64,000 bases of DNA from assembly GCA_000182565.2 (NCBI GenBank), contig KQ257472.1, one strand, 5' to 3'. This stretch comes from Spizellomyces punctatus DAOM BR117 (Eukaryota). Position numbers and translations under genes: made by a program. This document shows positions 1 to 11,954 of the stretch, piece after piece (positions within the stretch are counted from its first letter, which is position 1; each line of letters begins with the position of its first letter). The notes under the pieces were generated by a model that saw only the letters and a list, made by a program, of their open reading frames with translations, ran no database searches and was not told the origin of the DNA.

Positions 1-33
1 TTTCTCCGATTTCTGCTAAATCGTTGTACACAG

Positions 34-3000
34 CCAACATGCGAGTCGTTAACCCCCAAGGTGGAAAGAGGTCGTGGGGCACGGAAAGGTCAATCAAGTA
101 ATGATGCAGAATACAAGGCGTTTTTGGACGGGTTCTTGCAAGACCTCTTGGTTATGCTAAATACCCCTGAGTGGCCGGCCGCCGAGCTGCTGAGCATGAT
201 TTTTAGTCGCCTGGCGGTTCGTACTAAATTTTCTTTACCACCAAAATGAACGTCGCTAATTGATTTGCAGGTGCAAGTGCTTGACGATGTCAAAAGACAA
301 GGGGATACTGCTATCAGAGCCATGGCCGTTGAGTGGCTTGGAGCTGTTTGTGCAAAAATACGAGCGCAACCTTTCAAGCATCGACAGGCTGGCATGCCCG
401 AAATCCTTCTTCGACTCCCAAGCGCTGACTTAACGCCAGATACCTCCGTGAGCAGCGTAAGCGCGTTACGGGAACTGCAGAACCTAGTCATGAGATGGCT
501 CGATGCTGGCCGGACGGAGGACCCTACCATATTGGTACTGTCAGGCAGACCTCTTGTTACTTTCACCGCAGTATTCTAATCGCTTTTTAACGTACCATTA
601 GACTGCGAAGACGTTTTTCATCTCAACCTGGGCATATGGGATCAGGTTAACACCATCGGAACAATGGTCGGTCGGGCTGAAAGATACAGTCCGAACACTG
701 TTTTTTGATTATGGTGAAGCGGTTCTTGATATCCCTTTGAAACCGTAAGTTCCGATGTCGTAGGAGATGTACTGATAACATATATATGCACGTTACTCAG
801 CTTTCGCTGGAACATTTAGGTACTATCATTCGACGTCCAACATATTGGCCTCGGAAGCGGTTAATAGCCCTTTTGGAGCCACGCTGGAATTGCGCCCCAC
901 GATAGGATTTTGTGTGGAAGCACTTGCTGCACGACAGGCTCTGTACGAGTCATTCGAGCAGTTTATGGTTCGCATTGGGAATGCTCTTGACTCGGAGGTC
1001 GTGATGCTCAGAACTAAGGCACTCAAAGCATTGCAAGGAGTTTTTGTGGCGGATTCGTCTGTACTTGGGTACGGAAATATGCGCAAGCTTCTCGAGGCCC
1101 GTATGATGGATTTGAGCACCAGTGTGAGAGATGCAGCTATTGAGCTTGTCGGAAAATTCTTGATAAGTGGTGATAAACAACTCATCAAAGAGTACTACCC
1201 AATTATCAGTGACAGGATAATGGTATGCATGTCCTTTCATCTCAGCTCATATTGAAAGTCAAGCAGACGCATGAGTTTCGTTCTAGGATGTTGGTGTCAA
1301 CGTTCGTAAGAGGATCGTAAAACTTTTGAGAGATATTTATATGAGGGAAGTCAAGTTGGAAGGGGATGACGACAAATCCATAGTGGTGGATATTATCGTG
1401 AAGTTACTCGGTCGTCTCGTGGATGAGGAGAATTCCGTTAAGGTTACCTCAATGCTCACAGGATTACTTCCTAAGCATTACCCTAAACGGTTATTTGTAG
1501 GATCTGGCATTCAAGTCATTGCAAGAAATATGGTTTACTTTCAACCATTCGGAGGTCCCGGGATTTGGGCATGAAGCGCATAGTCTACCTTGTAAACATG
1601 AACCACCCAAGTGGGCTAGTTGGAGTTCTTTATCCACGTCAACTCGCAGTGATATCCGCAAGCGAGCGCTGCTAATGGTCGAAGCCGTTGCTAGCCACGC
1701 AAACGCCCCGAACTTATTTGGCAACTTAGTGCGGAGATGTTTACTGGACACCGGCAAAGTGGACAGAAATGATATCATGAACGTTTGCCGAACCGCAGTC
1801 GAATGTCTCATAGAAGAAATACTATGTTTGGAGGAACGGAGCTGCAAGGTATGTTCAATACGTAACATCATCAGGCCATTTGCTGAACTCTACGTCACAG
1901 GTGGCGATTAAGGATATTTTGAGCCTTTTGCAAGAGTTCAGTGCAATATTTCCCACTCTGATTGCGCCGCACTTAAAGACACTTCAACCATACTTGAAGG
2001 GACCTGTGGTAGGTAGGGAATCGCTCCTATTCACGTGCGTGTTCGTATTTTGACAAATTGCCTTTGCGACCTGTTCCAGCACGATGGCGGGACTGAACAA
2101 AAGATTGCCCAGATTGTGATCGTGATCATCCATAACATCATCTCCGTCATTCAGCATCCGGATTTAGATGAGTGGACTTCCATTGAAGTCGACCTGACCA
2201 CAGCATTGAATAAAGGCTCTCAACAAGTAATATTCAGCTAGGCTTCTGATGTGATTCCTACGATTTTAAACGCTCTTCCTTTTAGCTCGTCGCGGTTGCG
2301 GTACCGTGTCTGTGCGCCATCGTAGCCAACATGACCAGGCATTATCACAAATTGACCAAGGTGCTTAAAACTTGTATAGGTAGGGCAAATTCTTATCTGG
2401 TCACAGTTATCTCCAGTTAACGCTGCGTAGATTTCACCAGAAAGACTGAAGCTGCTGTGATGTCGAAAAAGAATGTGCCCGCCGGTGCCTGGCGAATGAC
2501 GTGGCGGTGCTTGTTGATTGTAGCACAGTTAGCGAGATATTATGACTTTGATGGAAACCGTGCGAAACTTGGGGGTATGCGTTGTGACATGTTCTGTGGC
2601 ATTACCTGTAAAAGGGTTCGCAATTCAGCGGTCTGGCTTATACATCGCCTGCCTACAGAGCCTGCATTAAAAGACCTGCGGGAAATTACCTCAGTGAGTC
2701 CGAAATCTCAAGCAGTCTGCTTAGAAAAATCATTGACTGTAGTTTCTACCAACCCCAACCTAACCATAGGGTTCTATCCTGAATGCGGTCTGTGAGCTCG
2801 TTCTATTTTTCCTGGAACCAAGAAGTGAAGAAGGCACAAAAGCGATTGCACTTACCGCGCTAGGTTAGAATGGTGTTTTTCAATTGTAGTGGTGTTGACC
2901 GCTGACGATTCTTCATTAGGACACCTTTTCATGGCATATCCTCGCCTTATGCTGCGGGATGACGTCCGCTCAGTGATGAATGTCGTCTTCGCTGGGCAGT

Positions 3001-4898
3001 CAATCCTTTTAAAAGTTAATCTGCTCAAAGTATTTCTGGACTTCTTAAAGAATGAGCAACAAAAAGACGCACAGAAGAAAGGTAAATTTACCACGGCGTT
3101 GCGCGGAGATTCTATTGATGTTGCTACAATACCTTACCCAATTGTATTCTGTTATGCCAGACAACGCCGTCCATGAGCACATCGACATTAAAGTCCTAAT
3201 CGGCAATGCTGAGGAGATGGCCGAGGCCGGCATTAGTAGTTCCGTCATGCAAACATATTTGGACCGTATGCTCGATTGCCTCTTGAGCAGCAATTTGCAG
3301 CTCATGCGCGTAGCATTTGAAGTGACTGAGCTGATATTGGAGCAAGGTCTAGTTCATCCTCTATTGGTATGTATGCTATGTGACCAGGCATAATCAGGAA
3401 TTTGTTAGCTGATCGACGTGACTTGGTTGCAGTGTATGCCGCCGATTGTGGCCCTAGAAGCAAATCCAGTACCTGAAATCCGAGATCGCGCACTGAGGCT
3501 TCATGAATATCTTGCTGAAAAACATGCCAGTTTCATCCATGCGAAGAACATGGATTGTGTCAAACAGATGTACGAATATGTATCAGCCTTGACGAAGGCG
3601 ACTGAAGGTGAAATAAAGATTGGGTCAAGCACCGTAATGGGTACGTCGTTCCCGACAATCACCTGTTAAGATTCGAAGCTGATGCTGCGCAGGATATTTC
3701 AAAATCGAGAGCGTAGGGGATGGCGGTACAATTACCTCGTACGAAGCAATGCTTGGACGAATGTATTCATTGATACAAGGGATACGACCGCGGCGAAACG
3801 AATTCTTGATGAATATGGTAAAGCTTCTGGACGTGCCTTTGACAACTGAAGCCGGACATATGGTATGAGTATTTGAGATAATATAGTACGATAGGTCTCT
3901 AATGACTTGCCTCTTTGATGCACAGATGGACATCGATTATTGTCGCTTCGTTGCGGAGAATCTGGCGCTCTTTGAATATAAAACGCAGGAGGAAGTACTG
4001 CAAGTGATATACCACGCTTACCGTGCCTTATCGGTTGGGGGCGAAACAATTCTGCGCTATGTCGAATCTTTAGATGACGTGAGCGTTGCTGATGAGGGTA
4101 CGTAGCGCTATTACGGGCGCCAGCTGTGTTCCTCTAAATGTAGTATCTAGGGAAAGAAATGCCACTCCTTGTTGTGGCGAAGGCATCACTTGGCATGGGC
4201 ATGCTGCTTCTATTACAAACACACTTGCAGAATTTATATGCCTTGTCTTCCGCGTACGTTTTTAGTTGTTGTTTTATGCGCTGCACATGACCCTCAATAG
4301 CAGCATGCTCCAGGCGAGTGTCAGGTTACCGACCCAATGATGGTCCCCGATCGGCGGAGAAACCGGCGGCAAGAGCTTCGGGAGCACCTCTCACCTTGTC
4401 CTGGGAGCGCATGCCATTTGCAAAGGACAAGGTCATGTCGACGGAGGCCGACTACAGAAAGCAATGTCGAAAGGTATTGATTGTGTTCGGACCGGCTCTA
4501 GACATGCAAAGCAGATTCTTGACATTGGACTACAGTTCAAGGAATTGATAGATGCGGATTACCGTACATCTCGTGAGGACGTTGAACCTAGAGAAGGAGA
4601 GGAAGCGCAATTCGCAACAGCAACTCCTGATAAACATAGTCCGAGGCAAATGGAAGATGGGAGTCCTAGACCGTCCGATTCGAAGATGGTTACAAAGCGG
4701 AGCCGGACCGCCAATGGAGATACAACTCCTCGTCGACGCAGCTCGGCTACCAAGCGCAAAAGCAAGTCGGGTGCAAAAGGGGGAAGAGGCATTTCGGTGA
4801 CACCAACCAAAAGGAAGAGGAAATCCATTATTAATGTGAGCAGTGACGAAATGGACACGGATAACGATCCTGATTTCATCCTTGCCTGTCCGAAATGA
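34..4898 (+). CDS. SCC2: Cohesin loader Scc2/NIPBL, 3' portion, multi-exon (5' end lies outside the window)
   Basis: Exon peptides FLQDLLVMLNTPEWPAAELL, LRTKALKAL..STSVRDAAIELVGK, DVGVNVRKRIVK, SSSVMQTYLDRML..LILEQGLVHP, CMPPIVALE and FVAENLALFEYKTQEEVL are characteristic of the HEAT and Nipped-B_C regions. Many GT-AG introns; stop TGA at 4896-4898. Confidence 0.95.
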
Positions 4899-5470
4899 AA
4901 CCCGCCCTGCAATGAAGTTGGGCATAGTTTCGAATTGTATATACACGGTTGCTAGATATAGAGAATTTCAAAGCCTGATTCTGTAATTACATCTGCATGT
5001 TCAAATGGACGTTGCTTTTCGACTCTATTTTATACGCCTGCACAAGGATGGCAAGAACCATGACTGCAACATCCCAGTTGTGTGTTATACCAGTGAAGAA
5101 ACCGTAAATCGGCTCACGGTTACAAAATTGGCGGATTTTCGCCATATCATTTCGAACCAAGATGGCGTTCGGCATTTGACAGGAAAGGCGACAAGAATCT
5201 CCAGTAACACCAAGCTAACTATAATCTATCGATTGGCTGCAGAAATGCACTTCATTCTGCTGCCAGATCGCATCCAACATTGGTTGCAATAATGGCATAT
5301 TCATTGTTACCACGACACTATGTACATTGACAGCCCTCCCGTATCATGAGACGACATATTCTTAATTACACCAAAACTAGCTTTACCGGGTCCGATAAAT
5401 CTAACATGTGAAACTACGACAGAAGCTATCTATGAATGAATAAAGAATAGCAGCATAAACGTCGACCGTT

Positions 5471-7965
5471 TTACCGTCCCCTTCTTCCAGCCACTTTACC
5501 AAACTCTTTCACACTCATCAAGTAAATTGTCACCCCCTCCCCGCTCACAACATCTTTCATGTTCCCAACCAATCCACTTCCGTCAAACCATTCCTCCTTT
5601 AGCCTTTGATCTTCATTACCCGCAAAAGCATTGACATTATCAATGTAGGCATCTTTTTTCACAAACCCCAATCGCTCCGGAATGGCTGTCAAACGCGCGT
5701 GGTCGGCTTTGGCCCAGCACCACAGATGCTCTGGTGGGGATACGTTATCCCGTCTGGCATCCGCTTGTACGCGTTCGACGCCACGACGGAGGAGTTCGCC
5801 ATATGATGTCGTGGTAGGAAGGAAAACGGAGCGAGGAGAGATTTGGAGGGTGTAAAGGATTTTCAGAGGGATGTTCCATTCGGTAATGGAAAATGCAACG
5901 TAAACACTATTCGTGTGGAGAGGGGAAGGACTTGCGCCGTTTGCTGAGGTAGATGTCGTAGGAGGGACATTCGGGAATGAACCGGGCGATACGGTTCCTT
6001 CTAATGCCAATCGGGCTAGCCATGGTACGTCCTCCTTTCCGCCTTGTTTAAATTTGCCCTTATTTCGATGTCGTTTGTCCACCCATGCTACAGTGAGATA
6101 TTTTCGCCTGGTTCCCTTGGGCGCGTAATGCTCGTCCTTTGTCAAGGCGTCCAGAACCGTTTGGGACCACATGCTCTCAACCTCTTTTCGAACGTCTTTG
6201 TACCCACCAGGACGCGACTCGATCACGCTTGGGATAGCGTACAGAGAGATGAGACAATCGAAAAATACATCTTGCACCCCTTGGAGAGCTTCATCTGTCA
6301 ATTCAGTAGCAACTTCCAGTACACGATACTGCACTGCTGCATCCCCAATACGTATGTGTGGTAGGGAACACGTTCTTCTGCCAGGTATAAACAGTTCACG
6401 TGGGCGCCATTTCCCGGTTCGATGTCTTCCTCCGCCGCCGCATTCGCTGAAATATGAGCTTGGGGTTACTAACTCAGAGAGTATGGTAGCACAGGATGTC
6501 ATTAGCTCACCTGCAAAAGAGATATTTTGTTCCGCAGGGAGTACAGACAAGCTCAACATTGAACGAAGGCTCTTCCCAGTCCTCTACTCCAGCCTCACTT
6601 CCGACCTCATCGGTAAAACCTACTCTGACCCCTCCGCTACCGATGCGTCGTTTGCACACATCGCATTCGACCGTTGGGATTGCCCGAAGTCGTTTCCTCC
6701 CTGATGCACCAGAAATAGAGTTTGACGACGCGTCTGCACCCGATCTATCAACGGGGTTTATTTCTTTGCAATTTCCGCATCGGACGTCCACTACATAAGG
6801 TACTTCAAAGCTCGGCTGTGTCCCTCTCAAGAACAACACTCCAACTTGCTTGCGACAATCCACACAAACACATTTGTCCTCCACAGTCCGCTTCCTCGTC
6901 GAGGCACGCCATGCGGCATGTCGAAATACATCTGCAGGGGTGGAGCATTGTGGACTCTCCACATCACCGCCGCTGTCTGATTCAACTCGTGGAGCTTTAC
7001 AGGATGAGGATGAGCCTCTTCGAAATGAGCGGCTTCGGCTGGATGCCGAGGGTTCGTCGACAAGGAAAGGGTACGGATATGGAGGGGCTGTTGGTGTGAT
7101 GATCGATTCACCTGGTAAGCGAGGATACGATGTCAAGCAAGATGTGCGGACATGTGGAAGGGACGAATTGGGTCCATCGCGAAGATGACGTTGCACATCC
7201 GTTACTTCGCATTGCTGATTTATCCACATATATTCCGGTGGTGTTTGGATTAATTGGATGTTGCTGTGGAGTGGCGAGATACATGCTTTGGGGGATAACG
7301 GACAATCCGGATTCAACGAGATATTTGACACCTTGCGAGTCAAGTCTCTGGTATCTAACGAGTCAAGAGAATCTGTTCTAGGTTTATTCACATGTATGTC
7401 GTTTAAAAAGTCGGCTTCAAACTGGAAAGCGCAGCAAATAAATGAGCGCTCTGTTGCAGAGATCCAAAATGGCAAGAGTTGATTGGTCTTACAGCCGTTA
7501 CCTGCGCCGCCCAATCCAGAGTACCGCTATCATCCAAGTTTTTGGGGTCTAGAAGGTTTAGCGGCGGTTCATGGTTGATATCAACAAACTCTGACATTGG
7601 TGAAGTAAAGAGGTCGCTAAACGCCATAGAGTCCTCCGAAGTGTGCATGGAAGAGCATTCAAGGTCATGTAATGTTTCTACCTCTGCAGGCAGCGCAACC
7701 AAGTCATTCATCGGTCTGGCGGACTCTACTTGAGCTTGATCACTGGTCAGCCGGAATTGCAAGGTAGTCGACAACGACAATACTGTTTACCTTGGCCCCG
7801 ACCATCTCCAGTCATAACTTGCAGTATTTGCAATTGCAATTCTCTGTCTTTTCGTTCCTCTTCCTTAAGTCTTCGACTCTCTTCCAAGATACGCAAAACA
7901 AGAGACAGCTGCTCGCTGCTCTGTCCCGACGGCTGGCTCAAGATGCGTTGCAAAACGTCGTCCAT
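5471..7965 (-). CDS. Uncharacterised protein: N-terminal coiled coil, low-complexity linker, multi-CxxC zinc cluster, C-terminal GNAT-like domain; 4 exons
   Basis: Exons 7965-7791, 7728-7502, 7421-6511 and 6446-5471 join four overlapping ORFs in phase via GT..AG introns. Motifs CVCVDC, CGNC, CDVC, CTPC, then FCSECGGGG-HRTGKWRPRELF-RRTCSLPH; the C-terminus has LWCWAK..IPERLGF. Confidence 0.8.
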
Positions 7966-8116
7966 GGCGACTTTCTTGGTGAACTGCCAAGAACTCGAGA
8001 AAGCGCCGTATTTCGAGTATCGCAAATGTTGCCCTTGAACCGGTTCAAACATCCGTGGATGGTTTCGAGGGCTGTTATTAGCGGAACCCTCACATCCAGT
8101 CATCATCAGGCAAGCG

Positions 8117-8891
8117 CTAGGGCTAAGGCTAGGGCTAGTGTTTATGATGCTTTTTATTGTATGCATTATAGCACAAGTGCGTCAAATGTATAAAAGTATT
8201 GCTAGAACCATACTGGCGAAACTAACTAGCATAGAGAATCTAGATATGGGGAGGCCTCTATAGATGGGGGCTAGCTAGTGCTTGTAAAAGGTCTCATGTG
8301 GATGGTGATCCGTTCGCTGGGGAGCAGCATCATTCATTACAGCCGAAAGTCAACATCACCTCACAAGGTGGTGAACAACATAAACTCTCGAATGAGACGG
8401 TATCTCACCGTATTTTCAAGCATATGAAGAAAAGGACAAAGGTGCGACATTCGCTACGCAATGCGACTGCCGTGCTGCTTATTGGCTTTAGGAATGGTAC
8501 CATGCCACCTCACGAGCCTTGTTATGTATTTTTCAAAAATTTTCCATAAGGGCTTGTGTCCATAGATGATCCATCTGCTACCGAGGGACTTTGTTCCCTC
8601 ATAAGAAAGGACGAGCAAGAAGGACCCGCAGGAAGAGAATACTTGACTTGCAAACTCGGATACAGGTCCTCATAAACTGTGTTGGGTCGTAAGTGCCAAA
8701 ACATCGCGAGAGCTAGGGTTAGGGTAAGGGTTCCCAACAAATGTCGGCCAAGCTATAGACGTCCACAATGGGGATCTTCTCGAATGCATGTCAACCTTCT
8801 TCACATTCGTGTTTGCCAGATCTGCCGACACTTTGTACACCGAGATGTAAGCTCTTGGCGTAGCGAGCGTACGGTTAGGGTTAGGGTTAGC
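8117..8891. repeat. Three short interstitial telomere-like (TTAGGG/CTAGGG) tracts
   Basis: ctagggctaaggctagggctag at ~8117-8138; ctagggttagggtaagggtt at ~8713-8732; ggttagggttagggttag at ~8873-8890. Confidence 0.8.
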
Positions 8892-9063
8892 GTCGCCAAC
8901 CTACAACACCTTGTATGCAAATCCCCATGTATTGAGCTCTTTTGGGGTATCAGTTCAGTGTCACACACTACAAACTTCTGGGTGTGGAGCGTCATATGAC
9001 TGTAAATCCAATGATGAGATGAACTATTTTCGTATATTTTGTCCAAGATCACTATTATCCCTT

Positions 9064-10061
9064 CTACGCAAACACCACCGTCTTGTTTCCATACGTCAGC
9101 ACCCTCCGAAGTAAATGTAACCTCACCGCCCTTCCCAGCACAGTCCGCTCAACATCTTTACCTTTTCTCACCAAATCATCCACAGAATCCCTATGAGAAA
9201 CTCTGACAACCTCCTGCTCAATAATCGGACCCGCATCCAATTCCACCGTTGCAAAGTGTGCCGTTGCCCCAATGATTTTGACGCCCCGCGCATGGGCCTG
9301 GTGGTACGGTTTTGCACCAACAAAAGCGGGGAGGAAGGAATGGTGGATGTTGATGGTGTTGGGGAATGTTGAGAGGAAGGTGGGTGAAAGGATTTGCATG
9401 TATTTTGCAAGCACGAGGAGATCGACATTGTATTCTTTCAGGAGGGCCAGTTGGTCGGCTTCGATTTGGGCTTTGTTCTCCTTTGTGATGGTCAAGACAT
9501 GGAATGGAATTCCTGAAATTTGACCTTTGTACGTGAACGTCTTCTTACATTAAAAAAAAATTCTAGTCCGCTTACCATGTGCCTGGACTTTTGCTTGCAG
9601 CCCATGATGGTTGGAAATCACAACAACGATTTCAGCATTCGGTATATCCTTAAACGTAGTCCTATGCAACAGGTCTAAAAGACAATGGTCTTGCTTGGAT
9701 ACAAACAGGGCAATGCGTTGGGGTGTGTCTGAAAAATGGAGCTGCCAGCGGCCATTGTAGGGATCGCAGAGTGTTGCAAGGGCGGATTGAAGGTCTTGAC
9801 GGTTTAATGCAAACGATGCTAGACTCCACTACATGTGACTCGTTTCAGTATCTTTTTTTCCTTTCCGTTATTCTTTTTCGTATTGAAGACACCCAAGCTC
9901 CGTACCTCCAACCTCCCCAAAAACAGCTTCTGCTCCCTATCCGTATGAAAGTCCACATCGACGAGGTTCCCATCATGTTGCAAAACAAACGACGATAGAG
10001 ACGCGACGATCCCCGCCACATCTGGACAGACGATTAACAAGATTGCATTGGCGGTGGTCAT
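9064..10061 (-). CDS. purU: Formyltetrahydrofolate deformylase (ACT + formyltransferase domains), 3 exons
   Basis: Spliced protein [103 protein letters not shown]. Introns at about 9905-9829 and 9576-9513. Confidence 0.97.
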
Positions 10062-11527
10062 GACGGTAGAGTATTTGTGTCGTGCTGTCAAAAAGTCGGC
10101 CCAGAGTGTCAAGGAAGTCCCTGCACCAGAGTTGGGTTTTTTATAACTGATCGATTGATTACGAAGCCCTGGCATGCGCCACGTTAGGCATGAAAAGGAC
10201 CAGGGATGCAAATCACCAATCAAAAACGCGAAGGTTTCGGACGACCAGCCAAAAGTCCTCCCCCCAAAGCAAAAAAACGTTGGAAGGAAGCATGTCCAAC
10301 CAGAAAAGTAGCTTATTTCGCAGCATACAATTATGCGCAAGTCGAAGTGAATGGAACTCGCCCATCCTTTTCACCGCTTTGCTTTTGGAGGATATTGTTC
10401 ACAGCTAGGGCTTAGCATATAGAACAATCGATGCGACCCATCACGATACTGAGATATTCCAATGAATGCTTCGATGAGAAAGTACAGCGATCTCATGAGT
10501 GTTCGACGGACCCAGCGGTGGGCAGTACTTGATTAATGCAATGACTACAGTCACAGGCAGATCGCAGATTTCAAACAGTTATTTTAAGCAAGTATAGTCC
10601 ATCAAGAACTTGAACTAATAGATCACTCCTAACACCGTTAATCCCTGCGTGCCCCATTATGTAGGTTGTGATGCATTGACTCAATTAACTGCATGCAGTC
10701 ACTGTCCATATCTTCTCAGTCACATTAACTACGAGGTTGCAATGTCAGTTGCAGTGTGCCGGTGCCCATTGGTCGAGTACGAGTGGTCGTCTAGCATGTG
10801 ATGTCCAGTTGGCTGCCAGGTTGGCCTCAAAGGACGCAACGTTTGAGACGCTGCTATTTCCGGGCGGGCACACCGCTGGTTGTGTCGCAAGCGCCTAGTT
10901 TTATGACAGCAACATATGTTTTGAAGATTACACCTGGTGAGATAGGGACACGGTGGTCAGGGTTCCCGTAAGGTTTCATTAAAAGCATTGACCCCAAGTA
11001 GAGTATCTGCATTGTACATGGGCCGGTTGCCGTGTGAATGGGTGCATACCACAAAACCAATCAAGAGTCGATACAGGTTGGGTTCTTGGCTGTGGCTCAA
11101 TTTGCCAACTGATTTCTACAAAACTTTTAGTTGGTGACTGGGTGATCATCAAAATGCATCTCTTTCAGAGTGTCATGTAAAAGTACCTCAGAAGCAGCGA
11201 TACAAAACGCTAGTCTCATGTAAAAACCTCTCGCAAAAAAACTTTACAACATTGTAGTGACGGTTCATCTCTTTTGCCCATATCTCACTTTGTAGCACGA
11301 TGAGACATAATGTGGTCAATGGGGAAAGCACTGGTAGTGATAGGATTCAAAAAAAAAGAAACAGTGCACTAGCGCATATTTGGTGTCCAACGCAGCAAGT
11401 GCGTAGGGCTATTTTTTACTATTTTTCTATGTACAAATTCCACAAAAATGCTGGCGATCATGCCAATATATACATCTGTACAAACTCTTTTTTTGTTTCT
11501 CGTAGGAACGATTTTCATTCGAGAGCT

Positions 11528-11954
11528 TTAGTGTGGGTGGGGCCCAGCTGCGGGAGCAGGAGCAGGAGCTGCCACCGGAGCCTTGGGAGGAGCTGGAACA
11601 CTCGTCGCGAGGACTACAGGATTCACAGGGGAAGGTATCAAAGTTGAGTTGCGGGCATTGGCAGGGGTATACTACTAGGAAAGTTAACTTACCTGGTGGG
11701 GGATTCGGTGCGGGATTAACACCGGATACTGCGGCTGTTGCGACGGCGGCTGGCACGGCTCTGGGGTCGCCCTCGGGGACGGGGTTTCCTGCTGCATCGT
11801 GTGCGCCTTCGTGGGCCAATACCATGGTCAAAACTGCGCAAGTGGTGTTAATGAACATGTTTTTTGTTTTTTGTTTTTTTCCGGTGTTTGAACTGTATTA
11901 CGTACAGGTAGAGGCAACCAGGAGCATAGCAAGGAATTTATAGAAGGCGTTCAT
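11528..11954 (-). CDS. Small secreted Pro/Ala-rich protein (91 aa), 3 exons
   Basis: Exons 11954-11906, 11833-11693 and 11613-11528, with GTACGT..CAG and GTAAGT..TAG introns in compatible phase. Product MNAFYKFLAMLLVASTFLTMVLA-HEGAHDAAGNPVPEGDPRAVPAAVATAAVSGVNPAPNPPPVLATSVPAPPKAPVAAPAPAPAAGPHPH. TATA-like CATAAAA about 110 nt upstream. Confidence 0.8.

Noticed and set aside
5005-5292. 95-aa ORF between two convergent genes
   Set aside because: No recognisable motif, and it lies in probable 3'UTR space.
5471-7780. Overlapping minus-strand ORFs in different frames suggesting programmed frameshifts
   Set aside because: Fully explained by canonical in-phase GT-AG introns.
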